A stretch of DNA of 64,000 nucleotides from an archaeon (lineage in GTDB: Archaea > Undinarchaeota > Undinarchaeia > Undinarchaeales > JBDRKL01). A program made the position numbers and the translations under genes. Shown in pieces: positions 39,273 to 48,555 of this stretch. The notes under the pieces are model-generated. The model worked only from the letters and a program-made list of their open reading frames with translations, searched no databases and was not told where the DNA came from. The stretch's first letter is position 1, and each line of letters starts with the position of its first letter. The DNA lies in assembly GCA_043814055.1 (NCBI GenBank), contig JBDRKL010000007.1:1-64000 (forward strand), read 5' to 3'.

Positions 39273-39274
39273 AA

Positions 39275-39697
39275 ATGGCAAATCAAATAGACAGCATTTT
39301 GAAGAAGTATGTTGACACAATGGTATATTTTGGAAACAAGATAGAAGAGAAGCATAACTCTATAGCCACCCATAGTTCTATGAGAAGTACTGAATATGAA
39401 TCTCTGCTTCAGAATTTTGATAGGATATTAGGGGGTTATGACAAGCACGTTGTTGCTCCGATTGCTGATTTGTATATGTGCTGCAAAAATCCTGATTTTA
39501 AAATGAAACACGAAAAAGAACTTGGCAGGATTGCTGCAGAACTCAATAAGCATCACGCAGAGCTTGATAAGGCAACAAAGGGAGTACTCAATGCGAGTGT
39601 GCCGGATAAGTTAAATGATGCAGGACAAGCGCTTGCTGGTGTAATTCTTAACTTAGAGGGTACTATAAATAATATCAAAAAACTCCTCGCTAAATAA
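39275..39697 (+). CDS. Hypothetical helical protein
   Basis: Tightly coupled to its neighbours. Confidence 0.65.
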   Translation: MANQIDSILKKYVDTMVYFGNKIEEKHNSIATHSSMRSTEYESLLQNFDRILGGYDKHVVAPIADLYMCCKNPDFKMKHEKELGRIAAELNKHHAELDKATKGVLNASVPDKLNDAGQALAGVILNLEGTINNIKKLLAK

Positions 39698-39891
39698 TGA
39701 TACCATCTCTAATTGTAATGGGCGCTTTGGATTTAATAGCAGGATTATTTATGTTGAGCCTGCAATATAGAAATGGTTTTGAAGCAATGTTCTTCAGCGC
39801 TCCATACTGGTTTGTGTTTTATTTGGGCGTGGCAATTATGATAAAGGGCGCGTACTCAGTTGCCTACGGCGCGTTCGGGAAAGGGTGGTGA
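39697..39891 (+). CDS. Small two-TM protein (paralog of 39893)
   Basis: ALDLIAGL...YLGVAIMIKGAYS. Confidence 0.7.
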   Translation: MIPSLIVMGALDLIAGLFMLSLQYRNGFEAMFFSAPYWFVFYLGVAIMIKGAYSVAYGAFGKGW

Positions 39892-39892
39892 A

Positions 39893-40150
39893 ATGTTTGA
39901 GATTTCCTTTCTGATTGTTTTCATAATGTCTGTCGTGCTCGCAGGGATGTTTGTACTCCGCACGCGGATGAGCATGTTTCTGCTCGCCTCGTTTGACCTG
40001 CTCGTTGGGCTAGTGCTGATGGGGCTTGGGCAGAGCGGAACAATTCAATTCATGTTTTCAAAAGTTCCAACTGCTTGGGCTTATTATGTTGGATTAGCAG
40101 TTATGCTGAAAGGGATTTACTCAATTGCACTTGGGTTTGTGAAAAGGTAA
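39893..40150 (+). CDS. Small membrane protein (paralog of 39697)
   Basis: SFDLLVGL...YVGLAVMLKGIYS; ATG at 39893. Confidence 0.7.
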   Translation: MFEISFLIVFIMSVVLAGMFVLRTRMSMFLLASFDLLVGLVLMGLGQSGTIQFMFSKVPTAWAYYVGLAVMLKGIYSIALGFVKR

Positions 40151-40242
40151 AGTTTGTGGTAGGTAGTGTTTATTATTACTACAAACTACCGACTATCAAC
40201 TTCAATAACAAAAACCCTTAAATACTATGCTCTTCACGGGAA

Positions 40243-40536
40243 ATGTATAGGTGGGAGATAATGGCTGTTGAAGTAATAACCGCAATGCAGTATTTTGTAG
40301 GGCACCAGGTGCCGCTTTTCTTACTAATATTTGGATTGCTTTACACCGCGATGGCTTTCGTTTTCAAGCCGCTGGCGCAGCTCGCTGGCGTGCCGATTGG
40401 TGTTCTTTGCATAGCAACTTCGCTCGCATGGTTCATAGTTAGCGGGGGCGGCATAATGGCCATCCCGGTTGACGTGATGCAGGTTGTGGGTGTCGGAATG
40501 GTTGTGCTTGTTGTAGGAAAGGTGTTTGCGGGGTGA
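40243..40536 (+). CDS. Small three-TM protein (paralog of 40678)
   Basis: VPLFLLIFGLL...SLAWFIV; start may be 40261. Confidence 0.7.
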   Translation: MYRWEIMAVEVITAMQYFVGHQVPLFLLIFGLLYTAMAFVFKPLAQLAGVPIGVLCIATSLAWFIVSGGGIMAIPVDVMQVVGVGMVVLVVGKVFAG

Positions 40537-40676
40537 CAAGTGTAATCGCGGACTTCTCAGAGCGAAGAGCCGCAATGGGAGGGACAGACGCACGAAGTGC
40601 GTCGTACGTTTGGAGCTTTGCTCCAAACTGTATCGGAACCGTTAGGTTCCGATTGGGGAAGGTGTTTGCAGGTTAA
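40516..40676 (+). repeat. Multi-hairpin insert flanked by a duplicated gene end (GKVFAG*)
   Basis: GGAAAGGTGTTTGCGGGGTGA (40516-40536) and GGGAAGGTGTTTGCAGGTTAA (40656-40676); hairpins GACGCAC-GAA-GTGCGTC, GTTTGGAGC-TTT-GCTCCAAAC, ATCGGAACC-GTTA-GGTTCCGAT. Confidence 0.88.
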
Positions 40677-40677
40677 A

Positions 40678-40968
40678 ATGTACTACATACCATATGGCTA
40701 CTGGGGAGTTGAACATATGCTTTTCTATGACATACCATTGTTCCTGCTCTGCTTCGGGCTTATTGTCATAGTTATGAAGTTTGTGGTTCGCCTGCAGGAC
40801 CCGGTAATGAACACGGCGATTGCAGCGTTCGCGGCATCGCTGGCTTATTTCATAATCAAGAGTGAGCAAGTTCTTTACAAGTTTTTTTATGATAGCTGGA
40901 GCGCAATGCTGGGAATTTTTGTAATGCTAATAATACTGCTGATGCTCTGGTTTATGATAAAACTCTAG
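40678..40968 (+). CDS. Small three-TM protein (paralog of 40243)
   Basis: IPLFLLCFGLI...SLAYFII; ATG at 40678. Confidence 0.7.
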   Translation: MYYIPYGYWGVEHMLFYDIPLFLLCFGLIVIVMKFVVRLQDPVMNTAIAAFAASLAYFIIKSEQVLYKFFYDSWSAMLGIFVMLIILLMLWFMIKL

Positions 40969-41684
40969 ACCTTTTTTGGAGCCATTGCCCTTAGTTCAGT
41001 TATGAGCGCGGGCAGGGCAGTGTTCATCAGGCTGTTGAGCGCCTCAACTGTGGATTTTATCTCGTCAAGCTCGGATGTAATGTCGTCAAGATTGAGGTTG
41101 TCCGCAAGAGAGGTTAGTGATAATTTTATTTTTTCCTGCGACTCAGCGAGCTCATCCAGCTTGTGCTCAAGCTCTTCAAGCTTTGGCTCAAAGTCAGGCG
41201 CTGGCGCGTATTCCTGCTCGGGCATTGGAGGCATTTCTTCTGGAGCCGGATTCATTTCAGCTTCAGGAGCGTATTCCTGCGGCGGTGCATCATACTCAGA
41301 CTCACCTTGGACCTGGAAAGGGTCTGGCTCAGAAGGCAATTCCTCGTTGTATTCGCCCTGCTCGGCTGCCCCATAATCATTCTCCAAGAAATTGTCACCG
41401 CCGTGGCCGACCTCTGCCTTGACCTGCTGGTGATATTCTGCGTCTCCGCCCTGGTTCTGTGGATACATTGGAGGGAAAATCTCGTCAAGCGGATCCTTTG
41501 GCTGCGGGCCCTTGTATCCTGGCATGTCCATAGGAGCGCTCTTCGCCATTACAGGTGTGTTGTCTGAGGGCTCTTCCTCAAAAGGCGATGCATTTGGAGT
41601 GTCGCCAAATGGCGGGTTGCCCTCAAAGGGAGAAGCAAATGCGGTTGATTCTTCTTCCTTTTTTCGCTTTAGTGGATTTGCCAT
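40965..41684 (-). CDS. Acidic Pro-rich low-complexity protein with C-terminal coiled-coil
   Basis: Repeated SPFE and QEYAP.A motifs; LEELEHKLDEL...LDEIKSTVEAL. Confidence 0.7.
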   Translation of the reverse strand: MANPLKRKKEEESTAFASPFEGNPPFGDTPNASPFEEEPSDNTPVMAKSAPMDMPGYKGPQPKDPLDEIFPPMYPQNQGGDAEYHQQVKAEVGHGGDNFLENDYGAAEQGEYNEELPSEPDPFQVQGESEYDAPPQEYAPEAEMNPAPEEMPPMPEQEYAPAPDFEPKLEELEHKLDELAESQEKIKLSLTSLADNLNLDDITSELDEIKSTVEALNSLMNTALPALITELRAMAPKKV

Positions 41685-41686
41685 TA

Positions 41687-42034
41687 TTATGCACCTGTCC
41701 CCTTGCTTACGATTTGATCAAGTATTCGCTTTGCGTCCTCCTTGGTCATTCCCGCGCCTGATGCGGATGCGCCAAGGGCGAGTACAGACCTTGCAGGTAT
41801 TTTGACCTTTGAAATCTTGTCCTTGATTTCGCGCATATCCTGCATGAGATTGTCTATGCGTTCGCGGAGTTCTTTCTTGAGCTCTAGGAAGTTGCGGTTG
41901 ATGAGCTGGATTTGCTTGCGCTCGTTGAGGATATTCTGCTCGTTAATTCGGATTTTGGAGTCAAGGCTGTTGACTCTCCAGCTTAACTCATTCAGAACTT
42001 CCTCGCGCGACAGTGGCTGTTGTCCAGAGCTCAT
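41687..42034 (-). CDS. Coiled-coil protein divergent from the pilus ATPase
   Basis: Continuous heptad pattern. Confidence 0.65.
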   Translation of the reverse strand: MSSGQQPLSREEVLNELSWRVNSLDSKIRINEQNILNERKQIQLINRNFLELKKELRERIDNLMQDMREIKDKISKVKIPARSVLALGASASGAGMTKEDAKRILDQIVSKGTGA

Positions 42035-42117
42035 TGATTGGGATATGGCGAGTTGGTTAATAAGTGTTTTTGTTCTTCATCTACAAACTTAAATACTTCA
42101 ACCCATTATTCTGATTT

Positions 42118-44430
42118 ATGCCAGAGATGAAGCCCGGCTCATATGAAGTGCAGAAAGAAGGAGACCAGACTGTCATTCGGTTCAACTGGGTTGGCGTGCC
42201 TTACAGCCCGTCAATTGAGGATGACCCGGAAACAATGTCCCGCGTCATAGACGCGATTCTCCAGGTTAGGGATGTTGACCGCATAGTGGTCGCGGAGGCT
42301 TACGAATATGAATATCCGCCGGACCAAACTAAAATTCTTGTTGAAATTGCCGAGACAATAGACCGATTGCTCCGCGGGGAGAACATTCTGTCAAAAGCAA
42401 AGAAGACCATTGCGGGCTGCGACCGCTGCGCAACCGAGCGCTTTGCATTCGTTGAGGACTTGCTGATTAACAAGATGAGGCGCGACCCAATCGCTGCGTA
42501 TATGAGCGTTCTCCGCGAGCTCAAGGACGCGGACGCAACCATACAATCGGTGAAATTTGACAAGTGTGCGGCCTGCTATGAGAATTATATCAACAATGTG
42601 CTGGACGTAATAAAGAGTAGCCTTGAGCAAACCCAGCTGATAAAGGCAATACTGCCAATTATTAGACAGGTACGACCAGGGGACCGGCTGGCTTACAGCG
42701 AGGTGTTCTCGCCGACCATTATGCCGAACTTCACGCTCACAAGGTACATGATAAGGCCGCCCAGCGACGGAGAATTAATAGACCAGTACACTCTGCTGGG
42801 CGACACTGATGTTGAGATTTACAGAATACCCCGCAAGACCGAGAAGTACTATCACATTGTCCCGCCGGAGTTCAAGCTCCCTGAGGACGAGTACATGGTT
42901 CTTGGGCTCGCGAGGAAGGTCATGCTTGGCTACAAGCCGAGCACTACGAGATTCACCGAGCACACGAGGGATTACTTCCAGAGGGTTGGCGAAGATTTGA
43001 TAGGCACTGTAGCAGGGGAGCAGAATATTGATTTGGGCTATGAAAAGGTGAAAGCTCTCTCGCAAATTCTCACAAGGTATACCACGGGTCTGGGCATAAT
43101 GGAAATACTGCTCGCGGACCCGAAGCTGCAGGACATTTACATAAACGCGCCAATCGGCGAGATGCCGATTCGCGTTTTGCACGCAGACTGGGAAGAGTGT
43201 GTCACGAATCTTATTCCGACCAGAGAGGACGCGCAAGCAATGGCAGCACGCTTCAGGCTTGAATCCGGAAGACCGCTGGACGAGGCAGAGCCAGTCTTGG
43301 ATACTAGCATTACGGTCCCAGGGGGAAGGGCGCGTGTCTGCGTTATCGCGAAGAACCTGAGCCCGCGCGGCTTGGCGTTCTGCTTCAGGAGGCACAGGAG
43401 CAAGCCGTGGACCTACCCGCTTTTCATAGCAAACAATATGATGAACTCGCTGTCAGCAGGGTTGTTGTGGTTCATCATAGATGGGGGGAGAACCATGCTG
43501 TTCGCTGGACCGCGAAGCTCTGGAAAAACCTCAATGCTTTCATCCACGATTGTGGAGATTATGAAAAAGTACCGCATCTTGTCAGTTGAAGACACGCTTG
43601 AACTGCCAATTGACGAGTACAGGGCGCTTGGGTTCAACGTGCTCTCAATGAAGGTGCAGTCTGTAATTACAAAACTTGAGGCAGAAGTCCCAGCTGACGA
43701 GGGAATAAGAACCGCGCTGCGCCTGGGTGACTCGTGTTTGATTATTGGCGAGGTTCGTTCAACTGAAGCAAAGGCGCTGTATGAGGCAATGCGGGTCGGC
43801 GCGCTGAGCAACGTTGTTGCAGGAACTATTCACGGGGATACTCCGTATGGTGTCTGGGACCGTGTTGTTAATGACCTGGGAGTTCCAACCACATCTTTCA
43901 AGGCAACTGACATACTCATAATGCCTGCCCCGATTAGGAGTGCGGATGGAATGCATAGGTACAGGCGCGTTGTCACGATTACAGAGGTCGGCAAGAACTG
44001 GACCGAGGACCCGCTGAAAGAAGGCGGTTTCACTGAATTGTTCAAGTATAATGCAAAGACAGACTCTCTTGAGGCGACCAAGGAGTTTCTGAACGGGGAC
44101 TCTGAAATTGTTAAAGCGATTGCATCGCGGGTCAAGGAATGGTCCGGGAACTGGGAAACCACGCTTGGCAACATTCAGCTAAGAGCGGACATAAAACAGG
44201 GCATTGTTGACCTTGCCAAGAAGAGCAAGAGGCCGGAGCTACTTGAGGCGCCGTTCGTTGGAGATGCCAACAACATGTTCCACATATTCTCTTCAGAAGT
44301 TAATCGCGAGCTTGGCGCGTTTGACTCCAAGGAAATACTCAAGAGGTGGAGGGACTGGTCACGCGACGAGGTAACTGGCAAGAACAAGAAAAAAGCAACG
44401 GAGACTGTGGAGTGGGAGTCCGGGGAATAA
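42118..44430 (+). CDS. Type IV pilus assembly ATPase (VirB11/TadA/PilB family)
   Basis: Walker A GPRSSGKTS, EDTLEL Asp box, Walker B IIGEVR, TIHG His box; N-terminal CxxC pairs. Confidence 0.95.
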   Translation: MPEMKPGSYEVQKEGDQTVIRFNWVGVPYSPSIEDDPETMSRVIDAILQVRDVDRIVVAEAYEYEYPPDQTKILVEIAETIDRLLRGENILSKAKKTIAGCDRCATERFAFVEDLLINKMRRDPIAAYMSVLRELKDADATIQSVKFDKCAACYENYINNVLDVIKSSLEQTQLIKAILPIIRQVRPGDRLAYSEVFSPTIMPNFTLTRYMIRPPSDGELIDQYTLLGDTDVEIYRIPRKTEKYYHIVPPEFKLPEDEYMVLGLARKVMLGYKPSTTRFTEHTRDYFQRVGEDLIGTVAGEQNIDLGYEKVKALSQILTRYTTGLGIMEILLADPKLQDIYINAPIGEMPIRVLHADWEECVTNLIPTREDAQAMAARFRLESGRPLDEAEPVLDTSITVPGGRARVCVIAKNLSPRGLAFCFRRHRSKPWTYPLFIANNMMNSLSAGLLWFIIDGGRTMLFAGPRSSGKTSMLSSTIVEIMKKYRILSVEDTLELPIDEYRALGFNVLSMKVQSVITKLEAEVPADEGIRTALRLGDSCLIIGEVRSTEAKALYEAMRVGALSNVVAGTIHGDTPYGVWDRVVNDLGVPTTSFKATDILIMPAPIRSADGMHRYRRVVTITEVGKNWTEDPLKEGGFTELFKYNAKTDSLEATKEFLNGDSEIVKAIASRVKEWSGNWETTLGNIQLRADIKQGIVDLAKKSKRPELLEAPFVGDANNMFHIFSSEVNRELGAFDSKEILKRWRDWSRDEVTGKNKKKATETVEWESGE

Positions 44431-46517
44431 TGGCGCTTTTTAAGAAGAAGGACAAGAACGATGAAATTCCAATACTGAAAGAGCAGAGGGAACTCCAGGA
44501 GCTTGTCAAGAAGTACAGGGAAAAAGAGCGGGAGAAGAGTTTAGTTGATAACGAGTTCACGCTTGAGTCTAACGAATACCAGCAATTTGTAGGGGAACGC
44601 GCGGAAGGAAAAAAATCGCACACTTATTTTGAAAAACTATGCAGCTTTTCGGGCAAGCACCTCAAAGTAGGCATGAAGAAGAAGGATGAAGACAAGATGA
44701 ATGAACATCTCTACTTCATTGGATACAACATAGAGGCAAGGGACGTGATAAGCTTCAGCATACTCACTTTTTTGATTTCAGTATTCATTGCTGGCGCGCT
44801 CCTGCTATTCTCGTTCCCGGCAGCGCTTATAATAATAATGATTGGATTGAGTGGATTGTTTGGAATTCAGCAATACCCGAAATACCTCTCCAAGCTTTAC
44901 ATAATGGACACCCTGAACGAGATGCCACTCGCGATAACGTATATGGTCATATACATGCGCTCAGCACCGACTCTTGAGGGCGCGGTGAGGTTCACGGCGA
45001 GGCACTTGAGCGGGTCGCTCGGCAGGGATCTTGAGAAAATGCTCTGGGACCTGGAAACTAATATTTACACGAATATGGATGACGCGCTCGCGAACTACGC
45101 AGCCAAGTGGAGGGATGCGAACAAGAACTTCTCAAATTCAATAGAGGTTTTGAGGAACTCTGAGAAGATTGGGAACGAGGGCGAGAGACTCAAGATGCTG
45201 GACGAAGCCACTAACATAATACTTAGCGGGAATTTGGAGACAATGGAATCCTTCGGCCGCAGCTTGAAGATGCCAATCATAGTCCTTTACATGATGTGCA
45301 TAGTGCTCCCGGTTATGGGATTGGTCATTGCGCCCGTGATGACAACGCTGGTTTCGCAGGGAGTTAGCGTGAACGCCATTGCGCTTGTGTATAACATAAT
45401 TCTTCCGCTGTTCGTTTACTTCTTCATCAAGTTCATAATGAGCAAGCGGCCCGGCTCTTTCATGAACCCGGACATAAGCACCCACCCTGGGCTTCCAAAG
45501 CCAGGGCATATGAGAGTTGGGAGCCATGACCTGCCGCTTTTGCCACTGTCAATAATCATATTTTTCGTTGTGTCACTCCCAACATTCCTGATGTTTGCGA
45601 ACCCTCCAGAGAATGTCGGCTATAGCCTGGCAAACATCCTGAAGTCCCTGGCAATCGTGTGGGGCGCTGCGCTGGCGATAGGCTTGTATGGCTGGGGGAG
45701 CTCATTCCAGAAGCTCAGTGTCAGGAAGAACCTGATTGAGCTTGAGCGCGACTTGGATATTGCCATATACACGATGGCTGACAAGCTCAAGATGGGCATA
45801 CCCATAGAGCGCGCGGTTGCAGACACCTCAGAATCCATGAAGACAGGCGCAATGAAAGAGTTCCTTGACAAGATTGGGACGAACATGAAGAACTTTGGAA
45901 TGCCCTTTGAGACTGCCATATTTGACCCAAAAAACGGCGCTCTGATAAATTATCCGTCAAAGCTGGTCAGGACGATAATGGAGGTTCTGGTGGAGAGCGC
46001 GCAGAAGGGAATAAAAGCCACTGCGACTTCAATGGCCACCATAGGCACGTACCTAAAGAACCTGAAGAAGGTCAACCTCACGATTGAAGAGCTTTTATCT
46101 GAGACCGCGAACACGATGAAGTTCCAGGCGCAGTTCATGACCTCATTCATTGCCGGCATCATAATCTCGCTTGACGTTCTCCTGTTCAAGATACTAACCG
46201 AGCTCGGGGGCAAGATAAACAGCTTGGACGTGTCCGCAGATGTAACTGGCAGCGTTGGGGTAAGCGGCATATTCCAGAACAGCATGTTCAACGTCGCGTC
46301 CGCGATACCTGCTGAACAAATGCAGATAGTAGTTGGCATCTATATGATACAGGTCACGTTCCTGCTCTCACTGCTCATCAATGGAGTCCAGAATGGGAGA
46401 GATAACATATACAGGAACTATATGGTGGGGAAAAACCTAATGATAGCCACGCTTGTTTACACGATTGCAATGCTGGCAGGAGTGTTCCTGTTTTCCGCGT
46501 TCAAACTGGGGGTATAA
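44430..46517 (+). CDS. Type IV pilus membrane platform protein (duplicated TadB/TadC/PilC-like)
   Basis: Two T2SSF-like halves (EMPLAITYM...PTLEGAV...GSLGRDL; LKMGIPIERA); TAATG coupling with the ATPase. Confidence 0.9.
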   Translation: MALFKKKDKNDEIPILKEQRELQELVKKYREKEREKSLVDNEFTLESNEYQQFVGERAEGKKSHTYFEKLCSFSGKHLKVGMKKKDEDKMNEHLYFIGYNIEARDVISFSILTFLISVFIAGALLLFSFPAALIIIMIGLSGLFGIQQYPKYLSKLYIMDTLNEMPLAITYMVIYMRSAPTLEGAVRFTARHLSGSLGRDLEKMLWDLETNIYTNMDDALANYAAKWRDANKNFSNSIEVLRNSEKIGNEGERLKMLDEATNIILSGNLETMESFGRSLKMPIIVLYMMCIVLPVMGLVIAPVMTTLVSQGVSVNAIALVYNIILPLFVYFFIKFIMSKRPGSFMNPDISTHPGLPKPGHMRVGSHDLPLLPLSIIIFFVVSLPTFLMFANPPENVGYSLANILKSLAIVWGAALAIGLYGWGSSFQKLSVRKNLIELERDLDIAIYTMADKLKMGIPIERAVADTSESMKTGAMKEFLDKIGTNMKNFGMPFETAIFDPKNGALINYPSKLVRTIMEVLVESAQKGIKATATSMATIGTYLKNLKKVNLTIEELLSETANTMKFQAQFMTSFIAGIIISLDVLLFKILTELGGKINSLDVSADVTGSVGVSGIFQNSMFNVASAIPAEQMQIVVGIYMIQVTFLLSLLINGVQNGRDNIYRNYMVGKNLMIATLVYTIAMLAGVFLFSAFKLGV

Positions 46518-46519
46518 AA

Positions 46520-46639
46520 ATGAGAAACAGAAAAGCCGCGCTTGAATATATGGTGAAGATTATAATGACCGTGGTGATGGTCATCATATTCGGCACTTTG
46601 ACCTACATGATATTCATCAATGAAGTGAGGGGCGGGTAA
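46520..46639 (+). CDS. 39-aa micro-pilin (class III signal peptide)
   Basis: Hand translation MRNRKA/ALEYMVKIIMTVVMVIIFGTLTYMIFINEVRGG; exactly fills the operon gap. Confidence 0.7.
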   Translation: MRNRKAALEYMVKIIMTVVMVIIFGTLTYMIFINEVRGG

Positions 46640-46644
46640 AAGGT

Positions 46645-47295
46645 ATGATACGGCTGGACCTCTTGCCAAAAATACTGTACAGGCCGCGCGAGGCATTTGA
46701 GGAGCTCAGGGGAGATGCGAATGGAAAGGACGGACTCTTGCTATATGTTTCAATTGCCATACTCTCGCTGATGATGGCTATTGGAGTTTCACAAGCCACA
46801 AAGATAAGCTTGATGCCGCTTGACTTCGGATTTGGGGCAGTTCTTACCGCTGGCACGGCTTCGGCCGTGTTCTTTGTTGAAATAGTTCACTTCGGGCTTC
46901 TGGCTGCTTTTTCAAATTTCTTCGCGCTGAAAATGGGAGGAGATGGGAATTTCTCAAATATGCTCGGAATGTTTGGATATGCGCGGGTCTTGTTTTTAAT
47001 AAAAGCCATTGTGTCTGCGCTGATTGTCGCGTGGATATACACTGCAGGAATTTTTGCCGCAACACGGGCGATACAGGGAAACCTTGCCCCGCCTAATTTG
47101 TTTTTGATTGGGGCTGTTGTTTTGCTGGCCAATCTCGTGCTTGGCATTTGGAGCATTGGACTGTACATTGCCGCAACCTCAAAGGCGCATAACATTTCGC
47201 TTGCAAAGAGTTTCGTGAGCGTCATCATATCTGCAGTAGTGCTGGGGTTTATGGTCTATGGACTGGCACTTCTTCTTGTAAGGGGTGCTGCCTAA
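46645..47295 (+). CDS. Yip1-domain membrane protein, copy 1
   Basis: ILYRPREAFEEL, MGGDGNF..ML.MFGYA, AHNISLAKS. Confidence 0.85.
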   Translation: MIRLDLLPKILYRPREAFEELRGDANGKDGLLLYVSIAILSLMMAIGVSQATKISLMPLDFGFGAVLTAGTASAVFFVEIVHFGLLAAFSNFFALKMGGDGNFSNMLGMFGYARVLFLIKAIVSALIVAWIYTAGIFAATRAIQGNLAPPNLFLIGAVVLLANLVLGIWSIGLYIAATSKAHNISLAKSFVSVIISAVVLGFMVYGLALLLVRGAA

Positions 47296-47296
47296 G

Positions 47297-48511
47297 ATGA
47301 AAAAACTCGGTATAAAGGGAGAAGTCGGAGGTGACGTGATACTTTCAATAGTATTCGTATTCATCATTTTTATCAGCGCCTTTGCGCTAATTGGAATTGG
47401 AGATGCGGTTTACAAAAATTCAGCCGGGGACCTGCGGATTCTTGAGTGCAGGAAATCACTTGAGTTCAAAAATGGATGGAATGAACAGCTGATTAGCGGG
47501 ATGAACAATGCTTATCAGGCAGGAGCTAGTGTGTTTGAGCCATTTGTGCGAATGGCTAATGTAGGCAGGAATGTTGAAGAATATGGCACAGGCGGGGTAA
47601 CTGTGGGGGGCAATGCAGGACTTGGAGGCGCAGTGATTGGAGGAATAGTTGGAGTTGGAGTTGGAGCCGGGGTTGGACTGTTTGATGATACTAACATTGT
47701 AAAAGATGCAATGAAAGGTGCCGTGAATGTTGCAGAGTACAAGACTGACACCTGCGTGGAGCGCCTGCCAGCGAAATGTGAGAACCCCGCGGAGTACGCA
47801 GCTGTGTGCGTATACGAGCACATTGCAAAAACTTATTACGGGCTTGGGGGCGGGACTCTTTTTGACGCGAAAACCACGAATGAGCAAGATGATAATTTCT
47901 ATGCCTACGAAATGGTAGTGAACATCACAAGTCCCTCCACTGTGCCGCTTTACGGCGACTGCAGTAATTACGCGGACAATCCGGAAGAGGTGGTGAGCGG
48001 AGTTATGCTAACTGAAACAAGTGACGGACACTGCAACGCGACCATAAGCAAGCTTGACGAGCGCCTGATAACACTTGTCATGATATCACGGTGCCAGAGG
48101 TATGGACCAACTGACCTGGGGAATTGCAAGTGCTTCCCTTCACCAGAGGGTGGGCACCATCTTAGAAATGGCTTGCACAACAATATCATAAGCGAGGGTG
48201 CATCAAATACCAGCGGGTCACTGCTTATGAATGACGACCTGTACAAGAACGCGCCTTATCCAATGGACCCTGAAAACTGGGACAGCAGCCCGAATCCGAT
48301 GTACTCCGGGTGTGGCGGCAGGTTCCCAGGGGACGCGGACATAGCGAAGTACATATCCATACCACAGAATGATAAAAATGGCGTGCATTACGAAGTTAAC
48401 ATTGATACAGACCCCATACTCATAAAGACCTTGTTTGGGCTGGGGGGAGAGAAAACGGTCTTAATACGCTTGAGCAGGAACGCAACCAGAGTTTTTGTTG
48501 AGCCGCTGTAG
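47297..48511 (+). CDS. Large Cys-rich pilin-like/adhesin, copy 1
   Basis: MKKLGIKG/EVGGDVILSIVFVFII; paralog of 49203; internal Gly-zipper-like stretch. Confidence 0.8.
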   Translation: MKKLGIKGEVGGDVILSIVFVFIIFISAFALIGIGDAVYKNSAGDLRILECRKSLEFKNGWNEQLISGMNNAYQAGASVFEPFVRMANVGRNVEEYGTGGVTVGGNAGLGGAVIGGIVGVGVGAGVGLFDDTNIVKDAMKGAVNVAEYKTDTCVERLPAKCENPAEYAAVCVYEHIAKTYYGLGGGTLFDAKTTNEQDDNFYAYEMVVNITSPSTVPLYGDCSNYADNPEEVVSGVMLTETSDGHCNATISKLDERLITLVMISRCQRYGPTDLGNCKCFPSPEGGHHLRNGLHNNIISEGASNTSGSLLMNDDLYKNAPYPMDPENWDSSPNPMYSGCGGRFPGDADIAKYISIPQNDKNGVHYEVNIDTDPILIKTLFGLGGEKTVLIRLSRNATRVFVEPL

Positions 48512-48555
48512 GCAAACTAGCAAACAATTTAAATAAAGGGGGTTTATGACAGCTT

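Noticed and set aside
40597-40677. N-terminal extension of the 40597..40968 ORF
   Set aside because: Runs through the hairpin insert and the duplicated gene end; ATG 40678 is the more plausible start.
42118-46517. Archaellum (flaI/flaJ) operon
   Set aside because: No FlaH, FlaF/G or archaellin-type N-termini nearby.
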